Counted from the first letter of the stretch, positions 22,746 through 34,500 are shown. The stretch: DNA of 64,000 bases from Anthoceros angustus (GCA_010909165.1 MU008191.1:558001-622000), one strand, 5' to 3'. Notes: generated by a model from the sequence alone, not told the origin. Numbers and translations are program-made.

Positions 22746-24320
22746 TCAGTACCCTTGATATCCTCCTTGTTGAGGGCCATATCCCGGTTGCTGAGGCTGA
22801 GGACCATAGCCTTGCGGAGGACCGTAGCCTTGTGGAGGACCGTAGCCTTGTTCAGGGCCGTACCCTTGTTGCTGTAGTTGTGGGGCACCATAACCTGCTT
22901 GAGCCGCTTGAGCGTCGTATGCTTGTTGAGGAGCAGCGTACCCCTGTTGTGCATAGGCAGCAGCCTGAGGATCCTCCAGGACCTGCGCAGCGGCATTAGG
23001 ATCTTGTTCATATGCATTCGGATCTTGAGCAGAAGCTTGTCCATAAGAGCTAGCGCCTGCTGCACTTGCAGCACCTTGACCATAGGCGCCGTAATTCTGT
23101 CCGTAACCGCCTCCTTGTCTCTGAGGAGCACCGAAATTGGAAGGCCCTGCTCCAAACATGTTGCTGCCTCTGTTGCCAGCCCCCCCTTTCCCTGCATCTA
23201 TGAACCCTCGACCTACATTTATGGTTGCTGCCGCCAGCCCCTGGCTCCTCATATCTCTCACTGTCCCCTTGGCAAACCCTCTCACACTGTCCGCTTGTCC
23301 CTTGAGCTTGTTGATGGCTCCCCGCAACATCCCTCCCTGTTTCTTCTCAGTCATACCGTCGATCTGCCACTCCGCTTCCTGTCCCGGGTCCTCACCAGCA
23401 AAAAGGGGAGTATATCTCGGAGCCTTGGCTCGCACTCTCCCTTGCCGATCTTGAATCGCACCTAACGACTCCTCCACAAATGAACGCAGGGAGGCCCTGG
23501 ACGGCCCGTCCAATCCCTCCACTCCCAAGCCTTGCATGAAATTCACCTTATTCAGCAGATGCTCGTGCAACTCCTGTACCACGTCCGCCTCCGCCTTCAG
23601 CTTCCCGATCACGTACGTGGCGTTGGATCCGTTGGCTCCCGCCAGGTTCCTGGACAAGAGGTCAAAGTGCACCAGCGCACGAGTCCTGGCCGAGTCCTGC
23701 GCCATAGCCTCGTTCTCCAGCCTTGCCATCTCCGGCTTCATCGCCTCTATTTGCTGCGTCGCATTTGCGATCTCCTGGCGCATGTTAGCCGCGTCCTGCC
23801 CCGGCGCCGACGCCAGAAGCTGCGCGGAAGCTGGGGAGGACGCCAGGGCCGCCCGCAGTTCCCCTCCCCTCTGCCTCACTCTACGGAGCTCGGCATACAG
23901 AGCCTTCCGGGACTCGGCCGAGTTCTGCAGCTTCTTCAGCCACTCGTCCAGCGCCTGCTTGGAGGGAGCAGCAAGTACGTACTCGCTGCGCTTGGAGATG
24001 CTGGCCACCGTGGAAGCCAGAGCCACGCAGAAGCAGTACTTGTGGTTGCCGGCAGTCTTCTCATCGGTCACAGGAACTACCTTGGATCCCTCCACAGGCA
24101 CCACTCCCAGCGGCGCCGCGGACTCCACGTTGAAGTCCGATGCAAAGTAGAAGAGAAATGCTCCCTGCAGCAAGAAGAAGCGCCTCTTCCATGATTGGAA
24201 GTGTCCGCCTCGCTTCTCCAGCCAGCCAGCGAGATCCGGCTGCAACCACAGCACGGACTGGTTCTCCATTGCCATCAGGTTCGGCATCACCTGATTCAAC
24301 TCCTTGATTGCGGCCTGCAT
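22746..24320 (-). CDS. Intronless PH-domain protein with coiled coil and Gln/Gly/Tyr/Pro-rich tail (~524 aa)
   Basis: Single ORF with a canonical PH pattern AGWLEKRGGHFQSWKRRFFLLQGAFLFYF...YCFCV...YVLAAPSKQALDEWLKKL, a helical middle region, and C-terminal QGYGP repeats. Confidence 0.85.
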   Translation of the reverse strand: MQAAIKELNQVMPNLMAMENQSVLWLQPDLAGWLEKRGGHFQSWKRRFFLLQGAFLFYFASDFNVESAAPLGVVPVEGSKVVPVTDEKTAGNHKYCFCVALASTVASISKRSEYVLAAPSKQALDEWLKKLQNSAESRKALYAELRRVRQRGGELRAALASSPASAQLLASAPGQDAANMRQEIANATQQIEAMKPEMARLENEAMAQDSARTRALVHFDLLSRNLAGANGSNATYVIGKLKAEADVVQELHEHLLNKVNFMQGLGVEGLDGPSRASLRSFVEESLGAIQDRQGRVRAKAPRYTPLFAGEDPGQEAEWQIDGMTEKKQGGMLRGAINKLKGQADSVRGFAKGTVRDMRSQGLAAATINVGRGFIDAGKGGAGNRGSNMFGAGPSNFGAPQRQGGGYGQNYGAYGQGAASAAGASSYGQASAQDPNAYEQDPNAAAQVLEDPQAAAYAQQGYAAPQQAYDAQAAQAGYGAPQLQQQGYGPEQGYGPPQGYGPPQGYGPQPQQPGYGPQQGGYQGY

Positions 24321-25034
24321 CTTGTTCAAATTTCTGCACCCGAGGACTTCTGTTTTGTGAAATGGAGACCGGCGTGTTGCTCATTCCGCTCAGAATCCTA
24401 AACCTTAGCCTTGCCTCCATACTCGTACTCCCTGGGGAACATTCGGTATGCTTCTGTCTCTTCCATTTCACTCTTTCATCCAAATCCTTCTCACGCGATT
24501 CCAATTCGCTTTTCTCACCCTTGCTGACTCCAAGATCAAGCGTTCAACAGTCCGGAGTTCCACAAAACCTTCTGCCTGTTTCCAAAGATTGTGAAATTGA
24601 ATACCCTTGAGAATTCTCTCCTCTTTTATCTAGGCCTGGTCATCCGTGTCGTGGAGGCCGATATCGCTAGCTGCTCTCGTTTCTTGTTGAACAGCGATGC
24701 CATGTATGCCTACTCTTTCAAGAAAGACTCCTGCTTTTACTCAGCGTTCTTGCAAATATGTGCCCAAAAATTGTGGTTTTCTTTACATGCCTTTGTGCTT
24801 TGGAATTTTCATTTCGCTAAGCGTCGGGCATGTTGCATCTTGGGAGAACTTGGTACCGTGTTGCAAGTCGCAAAAATCTTTGGAGTTGAGCAACATCCAA
24901 CACTTCATATCTTCGAGCTCGGAGAAAATATATAGGTGAATAATTATTTTAAAAAAGTGAAAACTATTATAGCTATAGGAATGTTAAGGACATGAGAGGT
25001 ACTTGGATTTGGAGAGAGTATTAATGAAACAAAT

Positions 25035-25811
25035 ATGGGACATCAAGTTGCCAGAGTCTTGTACAGAACATTGTTGTCTAAAGTTAGAAAAGAAGGTTTA
25101 GCATCAGCATGGGTGGCAATAGCACACAAACGCACTGCAGATCTTTGTGGGTTGTCATCTAGCAAAAAGCTTCCACCTTTTGATCTGGCTTCAATTGGAG
25201 GTGCTTCAACTTTGCTCAGATGGGTTTTCCAAAAAGATTCTACACTTCCAATAAAATCCAAAGCGGCAGAAGCCGCTCTGGATAGAGGGTTTGAGGCTAT
25301 ACGTTTATTCAATATCTTGAAACTTGCACAAATGCGTAGGGCGATGCGGGAAGATAGAACAGGTGTTCACTTTTCCCTTGGTCATGTGGTTCGACATCGA
25401 TACTTTGGATACACAGGTGTGATTTATGGATGGGATCCTGAATGCACAATGCCAATTGAAATGATTGTGAAAAATCGTTTGTTGAATATAACAAAACAAC
25501 CTTACTACTATCTCCTTCCTAATGAGCAAGATGGAAGATCGAGTAATGCAAAGTACGTAGCACAAGAAAATGTAGAGATTTTGGTTGGTGGTAGAGTAGA
25601 AAATCGTAGTATTTCTAGATTCTTTGTAGGATATAATTCAAAACTAGGTAGATATATACCAATTTTATATCTAAGATATCTTTATCCTGATGTGTATACC
25701 TATGATCAAGATCGCCAGCATGAGGGTGGTGACCTTGTCTCTAAATCAAGAAAATCACAAAAAATAAAGACTACTAAAGAAATTAGAGGAATGGATGATA
25801 CAGAACAATAA
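25035..25811 (+). CDS. YccV/HspQ-like (hemimethylated DNA-binding) domain protein, intronless, AT-rich
   Basis: 258-aa ORF with VHFSLGHVVRHRYFGYTGVIYGWDP...QPYYYLL...KYVAQENVEIL...VENRSISRFF, the YccV-like domain also found in HspQ, ClpF and FBXO21. Confidence 0.85.
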   Translation: MGHQVARVLYRTLLSKVRKEGLASAWVAIAHKRTADLCGLSSSKKLPPFDLASIGGASTLLRWVFQKDSTLPIKSKAAEAALDRGFEAIRLFNILKLAQMRRAMREDRTGVHFSLGHVVRHRYFGYTGVIYGWDPECTMPIEMIVKNRLLNITKQPYYYLLPNEQDGRSSNAKYVAQENVEILVGGRVENRSISRFFVGYNSKLGRYIPILYLRYLYPDVYTYDQDRQHEGGDLVSKSRKSQKIKTTKEIRGMDDTEQ

Positions 25812-26820
25812 CTTAGCTCACAAAGGATAGTTAGTGTCAACCAGCAGCTAACCAATTTGATGCTTTGAGTCTAACCTAAAGCATGACTGATTTTTTTTTT
25901 TGTAAAAATACTCTATTTTCTAAATTTTGAAGTGTAGAATAATTTTCACGCACAATGCATCAAATCCAGCCCACAAAGTTTTATACCTCCATGGTTGGTT
26001 TATAGCTCGAAACGAAATTCAATATCTAGATAATCAAGAAGGTTAAAAGTTGAACGAAGAATCAGTGGAAAATAGTATTACCTACTAAGATCCATTTAAA
26101 TTAGATCTATTCATTCAACAAAAAGTTTGACATGGAACATTTGAAACATATTTGTACATACAAATTCAAAAGAGGAGGCAAATGGCTCCATACATGTTCC
26201 AATACTTACAAAGACTATGCCCTAAACCCTAAACATCCCTTGTGGTATCCGTGATGGCGTGAAAGCATAGCTTAGAGTAGTCAAGAAAGAGTGTAAGAGA
26301 TGGAGAGCATGATCTTAATAGCAACCAATACACAAGTGGATTGCTATTGGAGAGGAGAACCCTTGACCCTCGACTTGCAAAGACAAGTTTTAGTATGAGC
26401 TTGATGTTTGTGCAGTTTTTAAGTGAAATAGAACATGTAAAAATAGCAAATCAACCACAAATTTAAATGCAAAAGCGCGTGTATGAACATGAGATACGCA
26501 AGGAACAAAGTGCCGCTAGAGAATCAATTACGCATGGCTTAGGTTATACATTGAAGACAATCTCCTGGAAGGCTAAGTCACAGCAGCAAGATCCTTTATG
26601 AGATTTGAATCTTGTAGACACTCTCATATTATGCATTTTCATAGCATTAAAAAATAGAGTATAAATTATATGAATTGCCTTGGATTTCTACTGATTGAAT
26701 GAAGGCAATGAAGGATTAAAAAATAGAAAATAAATAAAATCTTTATATAAAATACAATAAATAACCAAGTAAGTACCTACCTAGATATGTATGGGAGCAC
26801 TATGAATGATACTTAGGAAT

Positions 26821-26935
26821 GTACAATACAGGGGAGTTGAACTTAGGTATGTACAATACATGGGAGTTAACTTAGGTATCAATGTAGAGGAGTTGAACTT
26901 AAGTATCTACAATACATGGGAGTTAAACTTAGGTA
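26821..26935. repeat. ~29-30 bp minisatellite, ~4 units
   Basis: Repeated T(G/C)TACAATACA(G/T)GGGAGTT(G)AACTTAGGTA units. Confidence 0.85.
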
Positions 26936-26970
26936 TGAATGTGCTTGCAACAAACATATTAACTATAGCA

Positions 26971-27072
26971 GGGGCAGCACTGGGACTTTCCGAGAATCAC
27001 CAATCCCAGTACTAATCCGGCCTGAGGATACTTAACTACGGATTTCTAAAGGGATCTGGTGTAGTAGCCCTT
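26971..27072 (-). pseudogene. 5S rRNA-derived copy, 5'-truncated
   Basis: The minus strand reads AGGGCTACTACACCAGATCCCTTTAGAAATCCGTAGTTAAGTATCCTCAGGCCGGATTAGTACTGGGATTGGTGATTCTCGGAAAGTCCCAGTGCTGCCCC, collinear with plant 5S rRNA from about nt 16 to the end. Confidence 0.85.
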
Positions 27073-27190
27073 GGATGCAGCACCGGGACTTCCCGAGAAT
27101 CACCCATCCCAGTAGTAATCCAGCTTGAGGGCACTTAATTGCGGAGTTCTAATGGGATCCGGTGTAATCACCCAGGTATATAACCACACT
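27073..27190 (-). pseudogene. 5S rRNA-derived copy, near full length, diverged
   Basis: The minus strand includes ACACCGGATCCCATTAGAACTCCGCAATTAAG...TACTGGGATGGGTGATTCTCGGGAAGTCCCGGTGCTGCATCC, matching the 5S core and 3' end. Confidence 0.9.
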
Positions 27191-28740
27191 GCGTGCGTAG
27201 TGGTATCCCACAGACAGTTGTACCTGTCTTGCTATGTCGCCCATCCACCAATTCTCCCCACTTAGCCGCCCGAGCGGTCCTAGGGGGAGCTTGTGGTTGT
27301 GTGTGTGTCGCTTTTGTACATTAGCACGAGCTTGTGATTATTTGCCTGAGCATAACTGTGAATTGTCTTTCCTTTGCTGCTCATTTGAGCTTGTGATTTG
27401 CTTTTGCCTTGTGAGTTGAGTACCTGGTAGGCTCTAAAGACAAGTTGATTTTGTGACTATCGAACGTAAATAAGGGGCCTAGTATGAACCTTTTTCTTTT
27501 CCCACAAGAGTCTAGGGCACATCTATACCTCTTTCCCCTCTCCTCCTAATCTAGATCTCTAAAATAAATAAATAAAATAATGGAAGAGGGAGGAGGATTG
27601 GACTCAATGGGATTAAACAATTGATACATATATGTCTCGCTCTTTATACTAACAAAACATTGATACAATAACAATATCTTTACAATTGTCACAATGACTC
27701 TGGGCTCACAAATTTACAGGAATGATACAATAACAACACGACCATGACACGAACTAAGGTTACAGCATACTCAAATTTCTTACGATGTATCCAATTCAAA
27801 ATGCAGCATCGCGAGTGCGGGATCAATATAGGTGTAAAACAACCAAGGTGTAAAAGTCTGCACCAATTCGTACATCATGCGTCATTGTTCTAAGCTTCAA
27901 AAAATGCAACTTGCCTATTCTAGATTAGCCCATATTTGATATTCCTTCCCACATATTCACATGACCCTCATGATATAGGAGAGGGGATTTTGCACGGGTC
28001 AAAATCCCTTACCACCGTAGTTGATATATTTGTCGGCTAAAAATAAGTATTTTTTCTTTTTTCCTGATAATATGGATATTATCGCGGCCCGTACCCAAAT
28101 TCTCAAAAACATATGGCGTTGGAAATCATGTCTTTAGGTATATGTCCGATACATGATTATATAGGATATATATGTACAAGACATAATTTAATTATTTTAT
28201 TTTATCTAATGATCTATCTTAAAAAATATAATTCATTAGGCAGTGGGCCGCCTAAGATAGTTAAAGGAACAATAGGAGATTTTTGGCCCAATAGTTATTT
28301 AATTTAGATCTCTTTTTTACAAAACTTCTAGAGTCTTTCTCCATACTTTTCTCGGATAAGATGAGATTTTTTTATTTATGTGAATTACATAAAACTTTTT
28401 TGTGCAATTAAGCTGAACTTCTGTCTATTCTTTTTTCTTCAACCCTAAATTCATCTCTAGCATGGGTTTTTGCTTCCTAGACGTAGAAGGAATTAGTAAG
28501 TAGTGGTGTCAATGGAACCTTGGGTTTGGTTTTCCCATCCCCTACACACGTACTGAATTGAACTAGGTGAGAAAGATGAAATAAGGTTTAGTTATGTTTA
28601 TCTAACATATATGGCAGTATGTACATAGGTATCTACGTAGTAAGTACGAAATGTGAGAGGAATGACCTTGAAGTTTGAGAAACCAAATGCATTGTATGCC
28701 CGCCAAAATGTGGAATTGAGACGGAGCGTAAGTGGAGGCC

Positions 28741-30542
28741 ATGGAAGAAGACAAAGCTGCTGCCTACTATGACGAGCTGGTGCTCAAGGGAGGGGGTGCT
28801 GCACGGTTCAAGCAGGGCCTCGGCTATGGCTCCAAGCCCTCTGAGCCGCGCACTGAGCGCTCTATTCCGACCTCCATGAGCAATTTCGTCAGGGAGTTGA
28901 GCCCAAGCAAAGCTGGGCTTCTGCGAAAGGAAATCAGGATCGATAACATCAGGGACAAGCTCAAGAAAAGGGACAATGTTCCAAGAAATTCGGGGAAATC
29001 GGATAAGCGCAGCAGGAGCTCCTCGCCAGAGCTAGCTAGGTCGTCGGCAGCGGAGGAAGCCAAGAAGGTGCATGGGAAGGATGGGAGTCGGAGCCCTCAG
29101 AGGGGAAGGAGAAAGTGTGAGCGAAGGGATGGAAGTAGGTCTCCCGGACCGCGGTCCAGGAGCAGGTCTCGTGACCGTGGAAGGCACCGCCGGAGTAGGT
29201 CAAGGAGCAGGTCTCGTGAGCGAGGCAGGCATCGCCGGAGTAGGTCAAGGAGCAGCTCCAGGGAGCACAGAAAGGAAAGCAGGAGAGGATCCCATGAGAG
29301 TAGGCGAAGCCGGTCTCCTCGTCGTTCGGGCAGGAGGGAGATTTCGTACCATAGCCACCGGAGGAGGGAGAGAAGTAGGTCGTTGGACAGAAAGCGGGGT
29401 AACCGGAGCAAGTCTCCTGGGTGCAGGGACAGGAGAACGAAGACTGAACGGGGAAGTAATGGTGCCGCGGATACCAGAGACTATTCCTCGCTCATTCCAG
29501 GCTTTGATTATATGGTTCGTGGCTTTCTTCGTGTGATGCATTTGCCAAGTGCAATGTTAGGCTTTGCAGATGCAGGGAAGTAGTGGGTCTAAACCCCGTG
29601 GTTTGCAGACTCCAGCTCAGAAAGTGAAAGCCAAGATGAGGCTTCAGCTTTCAGAAACTGGTATGCCTTCAAGCTCTGTCTATGCACGTCTGTCAACTGT
29701 TGGTTGAAATTGTTCCTTTGCTGAACTGCGTAGGCGACTTTGACAGAAGAATTTCTTTTAATGCAGTTGTGAAAGATAACGCCAAGGGAGTGACTGGAGA
29801 GTGGGAACGATTTGATTTCGACAAGACAGCACCATTGGATGACGATGCCAAGCTTGACGGGTTGGGAGGTTAGCTAGCCTGTTTCATGGCAATTCAATTA
29901 TATTTGGACGAAGAGTATGTGATGCGTTCGGAACTGTTTGGAGTGGATATCATCTGACTATGGTATGTACTCTTGGCAGATGACACTGGGGCCCCTGATG
30001 ATACCGTGTTTTTGAAACACACCGGAAGTACTTTCTATGCCTCTGTGAATCAAGTAAGTCTTGGCTTCATTGTGGGATTTCATGTTGTCAGTCTCTTCCC
30101 ACTGCTTGTCACTTTTCGAACGAGGTTACATAGTGGTGCTGTTATCTTTTTGTCCTATTAATTTCTGGTTTGTTGATGCAGGCTAAAAGAGAGGCTGACA
30201 TTCAGTCCGCTCACGAAGCTGCGATGTTTGGAGTGCCCACCCGTACTGAGCCCGAGATGATGAAACATCAAACCTCCCGTTGTGATAATATTACCACCAA
30301 CAGAACAGAAGATAAGAGTGCAGAGGGCAAAGCGCCTGGAAGTTCTGTTCTCAGTGACGAGGTCTGCCTGGGCTTCTTCGATGGACATCATGTATGCTTG
30401 TGTACTTGCCTCCCGTGTATAATCTGACAGGTATTGCACCTTTATATGTCCTTGGCAGGTCCTGAAAATGCAGCAGCAGAGCTCATGGCAGGAGCGTGCA
30501 AGAAGGCTGAGGGAGGAACGAGCAGCTTCTGGAAAATCTTGA
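28741..30542 (+). CDS. Conserved plant Arg/Ser-rich (RS-domain) protein, multi-exon, probably splicing-related
   Basis: N-terminus MEEDKAAAYYDELVLKGGGAARFKQGLGY; RSRSRSR tracts; later exons QKVKAKMRLQLSET, KGVTGEWERFDFDKTAPLDDD, AHEAAMFG, SSWQERARRLREE; stop at 30540-30542. Confidence 0.85.
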
Positions 30543-31339
30543 CCTCCAGCGCAGACAACTCACCCATCTCGTAGAGCTGAGCTCGACGGACATAAAGAGG
30601 ATTCGTTATCAAAAGTATTGCATGCAGTGATTCTGAACCAAGTGCTGTTTCTCTAGGACTTTTGGGTCTGGTGAGGTAGCTTGTGGTTATCCAGAATCAT
30701 GCTTCTGCAAGTATGTGGGGTGATTTAGAACCGTGGTCTTTTCAACGAAGGGAGTGTGGGTTTTTGCAGGACTCAGCCGATCATTTGCCGGACAGGAGAG
30801 TAACGGAGTGGCACTGCCTCCAGAAGTCACGGTGAGGCCCTTGCATCCTGACTAGAAAAAAGCAGGTTTCATGATGGCAATTTCTTGAAGGGCTGAAGTT
30901 ATGAAAAGTCAATATTTACCGCCACTGTCCAGATTGTCCTGTGGCTAACGATCATGTTTCTGGCGTTGGACACAGCACCACGGGCGTAGAATATTCAAAT
31001 CGTGGATGCTTCCTAGTACCTGCACAACTTTTTAAGTCTCACATCCTGCTTACGAAGAGTACCGGAGCCGTAGAGTCTCTGGGTATACATATATTGACAA
31101 AATAGCCGTTCGCTCAGCTGATTGTCGTTCTTTTTTGATAAAACTTTGTACTTACACCTTTATCAGTTTACTTTTGAAAGTCATTGTCCGACGTTCACTT
31201 TCCTGTCTGTCAAGAAGTGCAAGCGGTGGTTTCACGTGGTGCGTCCTGTAAAAGAGGTGAAGTTGCCCTGGTTGGTAGCTGGTTTCCATCGGCAAGCACA
31301 TGCACGGGTGGCTCATCCTTGCACCCAAAAGCACAGTAG

Positions 31340-31555
31340 AAGAAGAAGAAGAAGAAGAATTTTATTTGAGTCCACTAAGGACGGATTTCCGTCATGGGAC
31401 TTGGTACTTGACAACTTGTACCATGGTGTGCCTAAGCTACTTGCACCAAGGGCATCCACTCCCTTTAGGCACCCCATCTAAGTACCGATCTAGGCTCAGG
31501 ATGCTTAATCACGGCGTTCTTATAAATGTGTGTCCATTTGGCCTAAGCCATTTGG
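31340..31555 (-). mobile_element. (TTC)n-tailed retroposed element, copy 2
   Basis: Reverse complement of the 16.2-16.5 kb element with (GAA)n at its left end. Flanked by ACAGTAG at 31333-31339 and 31556-31562 (7-bp TSD). Confidence 0.85.
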
Positions 31556-34500
31556 ACAGTAGCTTGAACGGCTATGCGTGTGCTGCCGAAGCTTGCTTTC
31601 GGTTCTGGGTTTGAAGACTTGAAGAAGGGACGACAACAACGCAGGTTTGTCAAACCGGACTGATTTTAGTATGCATCTGAGCTGGTCGACACATGGCTCT
31701 GGAAACCTTTTTGGCAAAGTTGCAAAGAGGGACATAACCTGCAGGCGGTGAGGTAATAACCCGTGCTGCAAATCACAAACTTCTCCATCTGGGGCAGGTT
31801 GAGAGAGATGCAACATGTCATTGCGGACAGTTTGCCATCAGCGCCAACAGATGTCAGTGGTCCAGAGAACGACACTGGAGAGCCCACGTGGAGAAAGCAG
31901 GTCACATTTCCTCACTGTCCAATAGATGTCATTCTTGCACTGGATGTGCCACGTCGAACTACGGTGCCGTCCTGAATGGTACTCTCATGCCTCCAACGTG
32001 CCATCAGTTTCTGCATCCCAGCTTACGTGTCTCGTGCTCATGCCCACCATGCTGAAAGCACGATTACGGCCATGCTAAATGTTCTGTTCCACACTGCACG
32101 TGATTCTTCTGTTGCTCTGACATTCCCAAGTTGATTGATGAACTCGCAGTGCCAGGGCGGAGCGGCAGTTGCGTTCCATGTCTGCAGTACTGCAGACTCC
32201 GAGGCCGCGCAATCCCAGTGCGTGATTGGCTCCTGGAACCCCAAGCGCGGAGTGGCTGCTGTGTGGCACAGGCACAGGATTCTGACTCTCAGATGCTGCT
32301 GTCTGGACCAAGCAACCGCTATCTACTATGCATCTATATATCTACCCTCGAGGTCGTGCTTATCTCAAGGCTGTAGAATGGAAGCCCCGATTCCCAATCC
32401 CGCGCTCACAGCGAGCTGCCGCTCAGAACCTTCGTCGATGAGGTCTGGTGGACGTGACAAAGTGCGGGATCACGCCATTGGGCATGTTGATTCCGCCAAG
32501 CATCCCCTTGCCCACTTGCGTCACGCATCCTGATCCCCCGGGCCTCCCACACTTCTACCAGGCACATCGTGACTTCAGATTCTTCTGCGCCTGCGACCGA
32601 CCATCATGCCCACGACATCACATTGTTCCTCCACTTCCAAGATACTTTTCTCTCTCAACAAGTGTTTTGATCCTGCAAGATTTCACACGGACAAACTACG
32701 TAGGTACCTATTTTAAAATTTTACATACGTCCGGTATACACCTAAATAGGTCACTTTAATATTTATTAAGAATTATTTATATCTTGAATATTCTAATACC
32801 TGAGTATTAGGTATGAAAAATTCATTATTGATCAAATTAGATTCAACATGTTTTACACTCATGTTATACGACTTTGTCATCCCAATTGAGGCCAGCTACC
32901 CAAGCAAGAGGTGCATTTGAGATGCTCCCACCCATATGTGGACTCTCATCTTTGTGCCCATGGCATTATAATATGTGGACCTTCTCATCTTTTTGCGCGT
33001 GATATTATAAATGTTATACATAGTTGTCTATAGGTTCAGAGCATAGCTACTCCACACTACTGTTGTGGAACACCTTGTTGGTACGCACCACAACCCTATT
33101 AGTTTCTAATAATGCGGAAGCTCAGGAGGAATCCGAAGCTTACCTCGTATGTCTGTAAATTGCTTGCCAAGAAGGTCTCGAGTTTCCTGCGGAATAGGAC
33201 ACCTGTTAGGATAACACCTCTAGTAACCCTGTTTGGGATCCAACATGCACCACTTGCACTTAGAAAGCTCTGGATGGATGAGACTATTGTTAAGACCTAC
33301 TTGTAGCAAACTTGCTGACCTTGTTCCCCTTTCCCCCTAAGCTACCTGCCCTAGAATGAAGAATAGGCCAAAGGTTGGACTAAATCCAAGTCAAACGCAA
33401 CGCGATAGAAAGGTTGCTGGTTCGATGCGGAACGCCTGAATACTAGGATGAGCCAAAAGCCAAAAACATGTTCCCTTCCCCGAGCCAGGAACCTGTTCCC
33501 TTCCCCGAGCAAGAGCGAAGCCGAGCACGGATTGGCTTGGGAATGGAGGTTATGAAAGTATTGTTCAATTTAGTGCATTGTCAAATTATTTCGATACCAA
33601 GTCTAAAGTCCAAGCTAATCCTATATTGCAATCCATAACTTGAAGGGTGTGTAATCCACCTAACCTGTTTGAAAGAATGGTAACACATCTTAGTGGACTT
33701 CAATAGAGTAAAATCCATGTCATACTAGCTGAGTTGAAAGGGAAAGGAAGAGTTTTTCAATGAGACCTATTAGCTCCATTGTTAGAGCGTCATGCTAATA
33801 ACGCGTTATAGGTTATAGGAGGTCGGGTTATAGGTTCTTCTTCTTATATGGGCCAGGTTATAGCTTCGAATCCTATATGGGCCACAACACATAAGGACTT
33901 AGGCATTAGAACTTTAAAATATACTTTTACTTCTATGCCAACCCACTCTGCACTAAACCTTTGCAATAAAAAAGTTGAAGCATGGACTCTTCCGTATTGC
34001 CCTATCGTAAGACTGTTCATACCATCTCTACTTAATCAATACAATTCCTATTTAAATTTTTCTTTCTAGATTTAAAGATGGAGTATGGTATACCTGGTTT
34101 CTTAGTTTCTAGAGCTCGAGGAATATTTTCACAAATGATAAAATAGTTTATTTAAATATTTATTGAGATATATTATGATATTATGAAAAACCTTAGAGTA
34201 GCATTTAAAAATTGGGCCTATCATATTATTTCAAATTCCAATTGGTCCTCATAGGATTGGGTTTTTTTTTAAATGATAAAAGTTGTCTTTCAAAGGTGTA
34301 ACACTTAGAATATTGTAATACAAACCTGAAACTAATATATGCAATAAAGTAGGTTGGAGTATTATTCATTATATGAATGATAGAAATAATACTCCAAAAC
34401 ATATTAGCTCTTCCAGTTTACACCAAATATTTCATATATAGAACAAAAACACAATTAGAATTACTAGGTGCCAATGGAATAAAAATAATAAAAAATCATT

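Noticed and set aside
23137-24194. Plus-strand ORFs of 105-220 aa overlapping the PH gene
   Set aside because: Antisense shadows of a GC-rich coding sequence.
33118-33138. AAGCTCAGGAGG, identical to the first 12 nt of miR390
   Set aside because: The remainder diverges and there is no miR390* arm or hairpin nearby.
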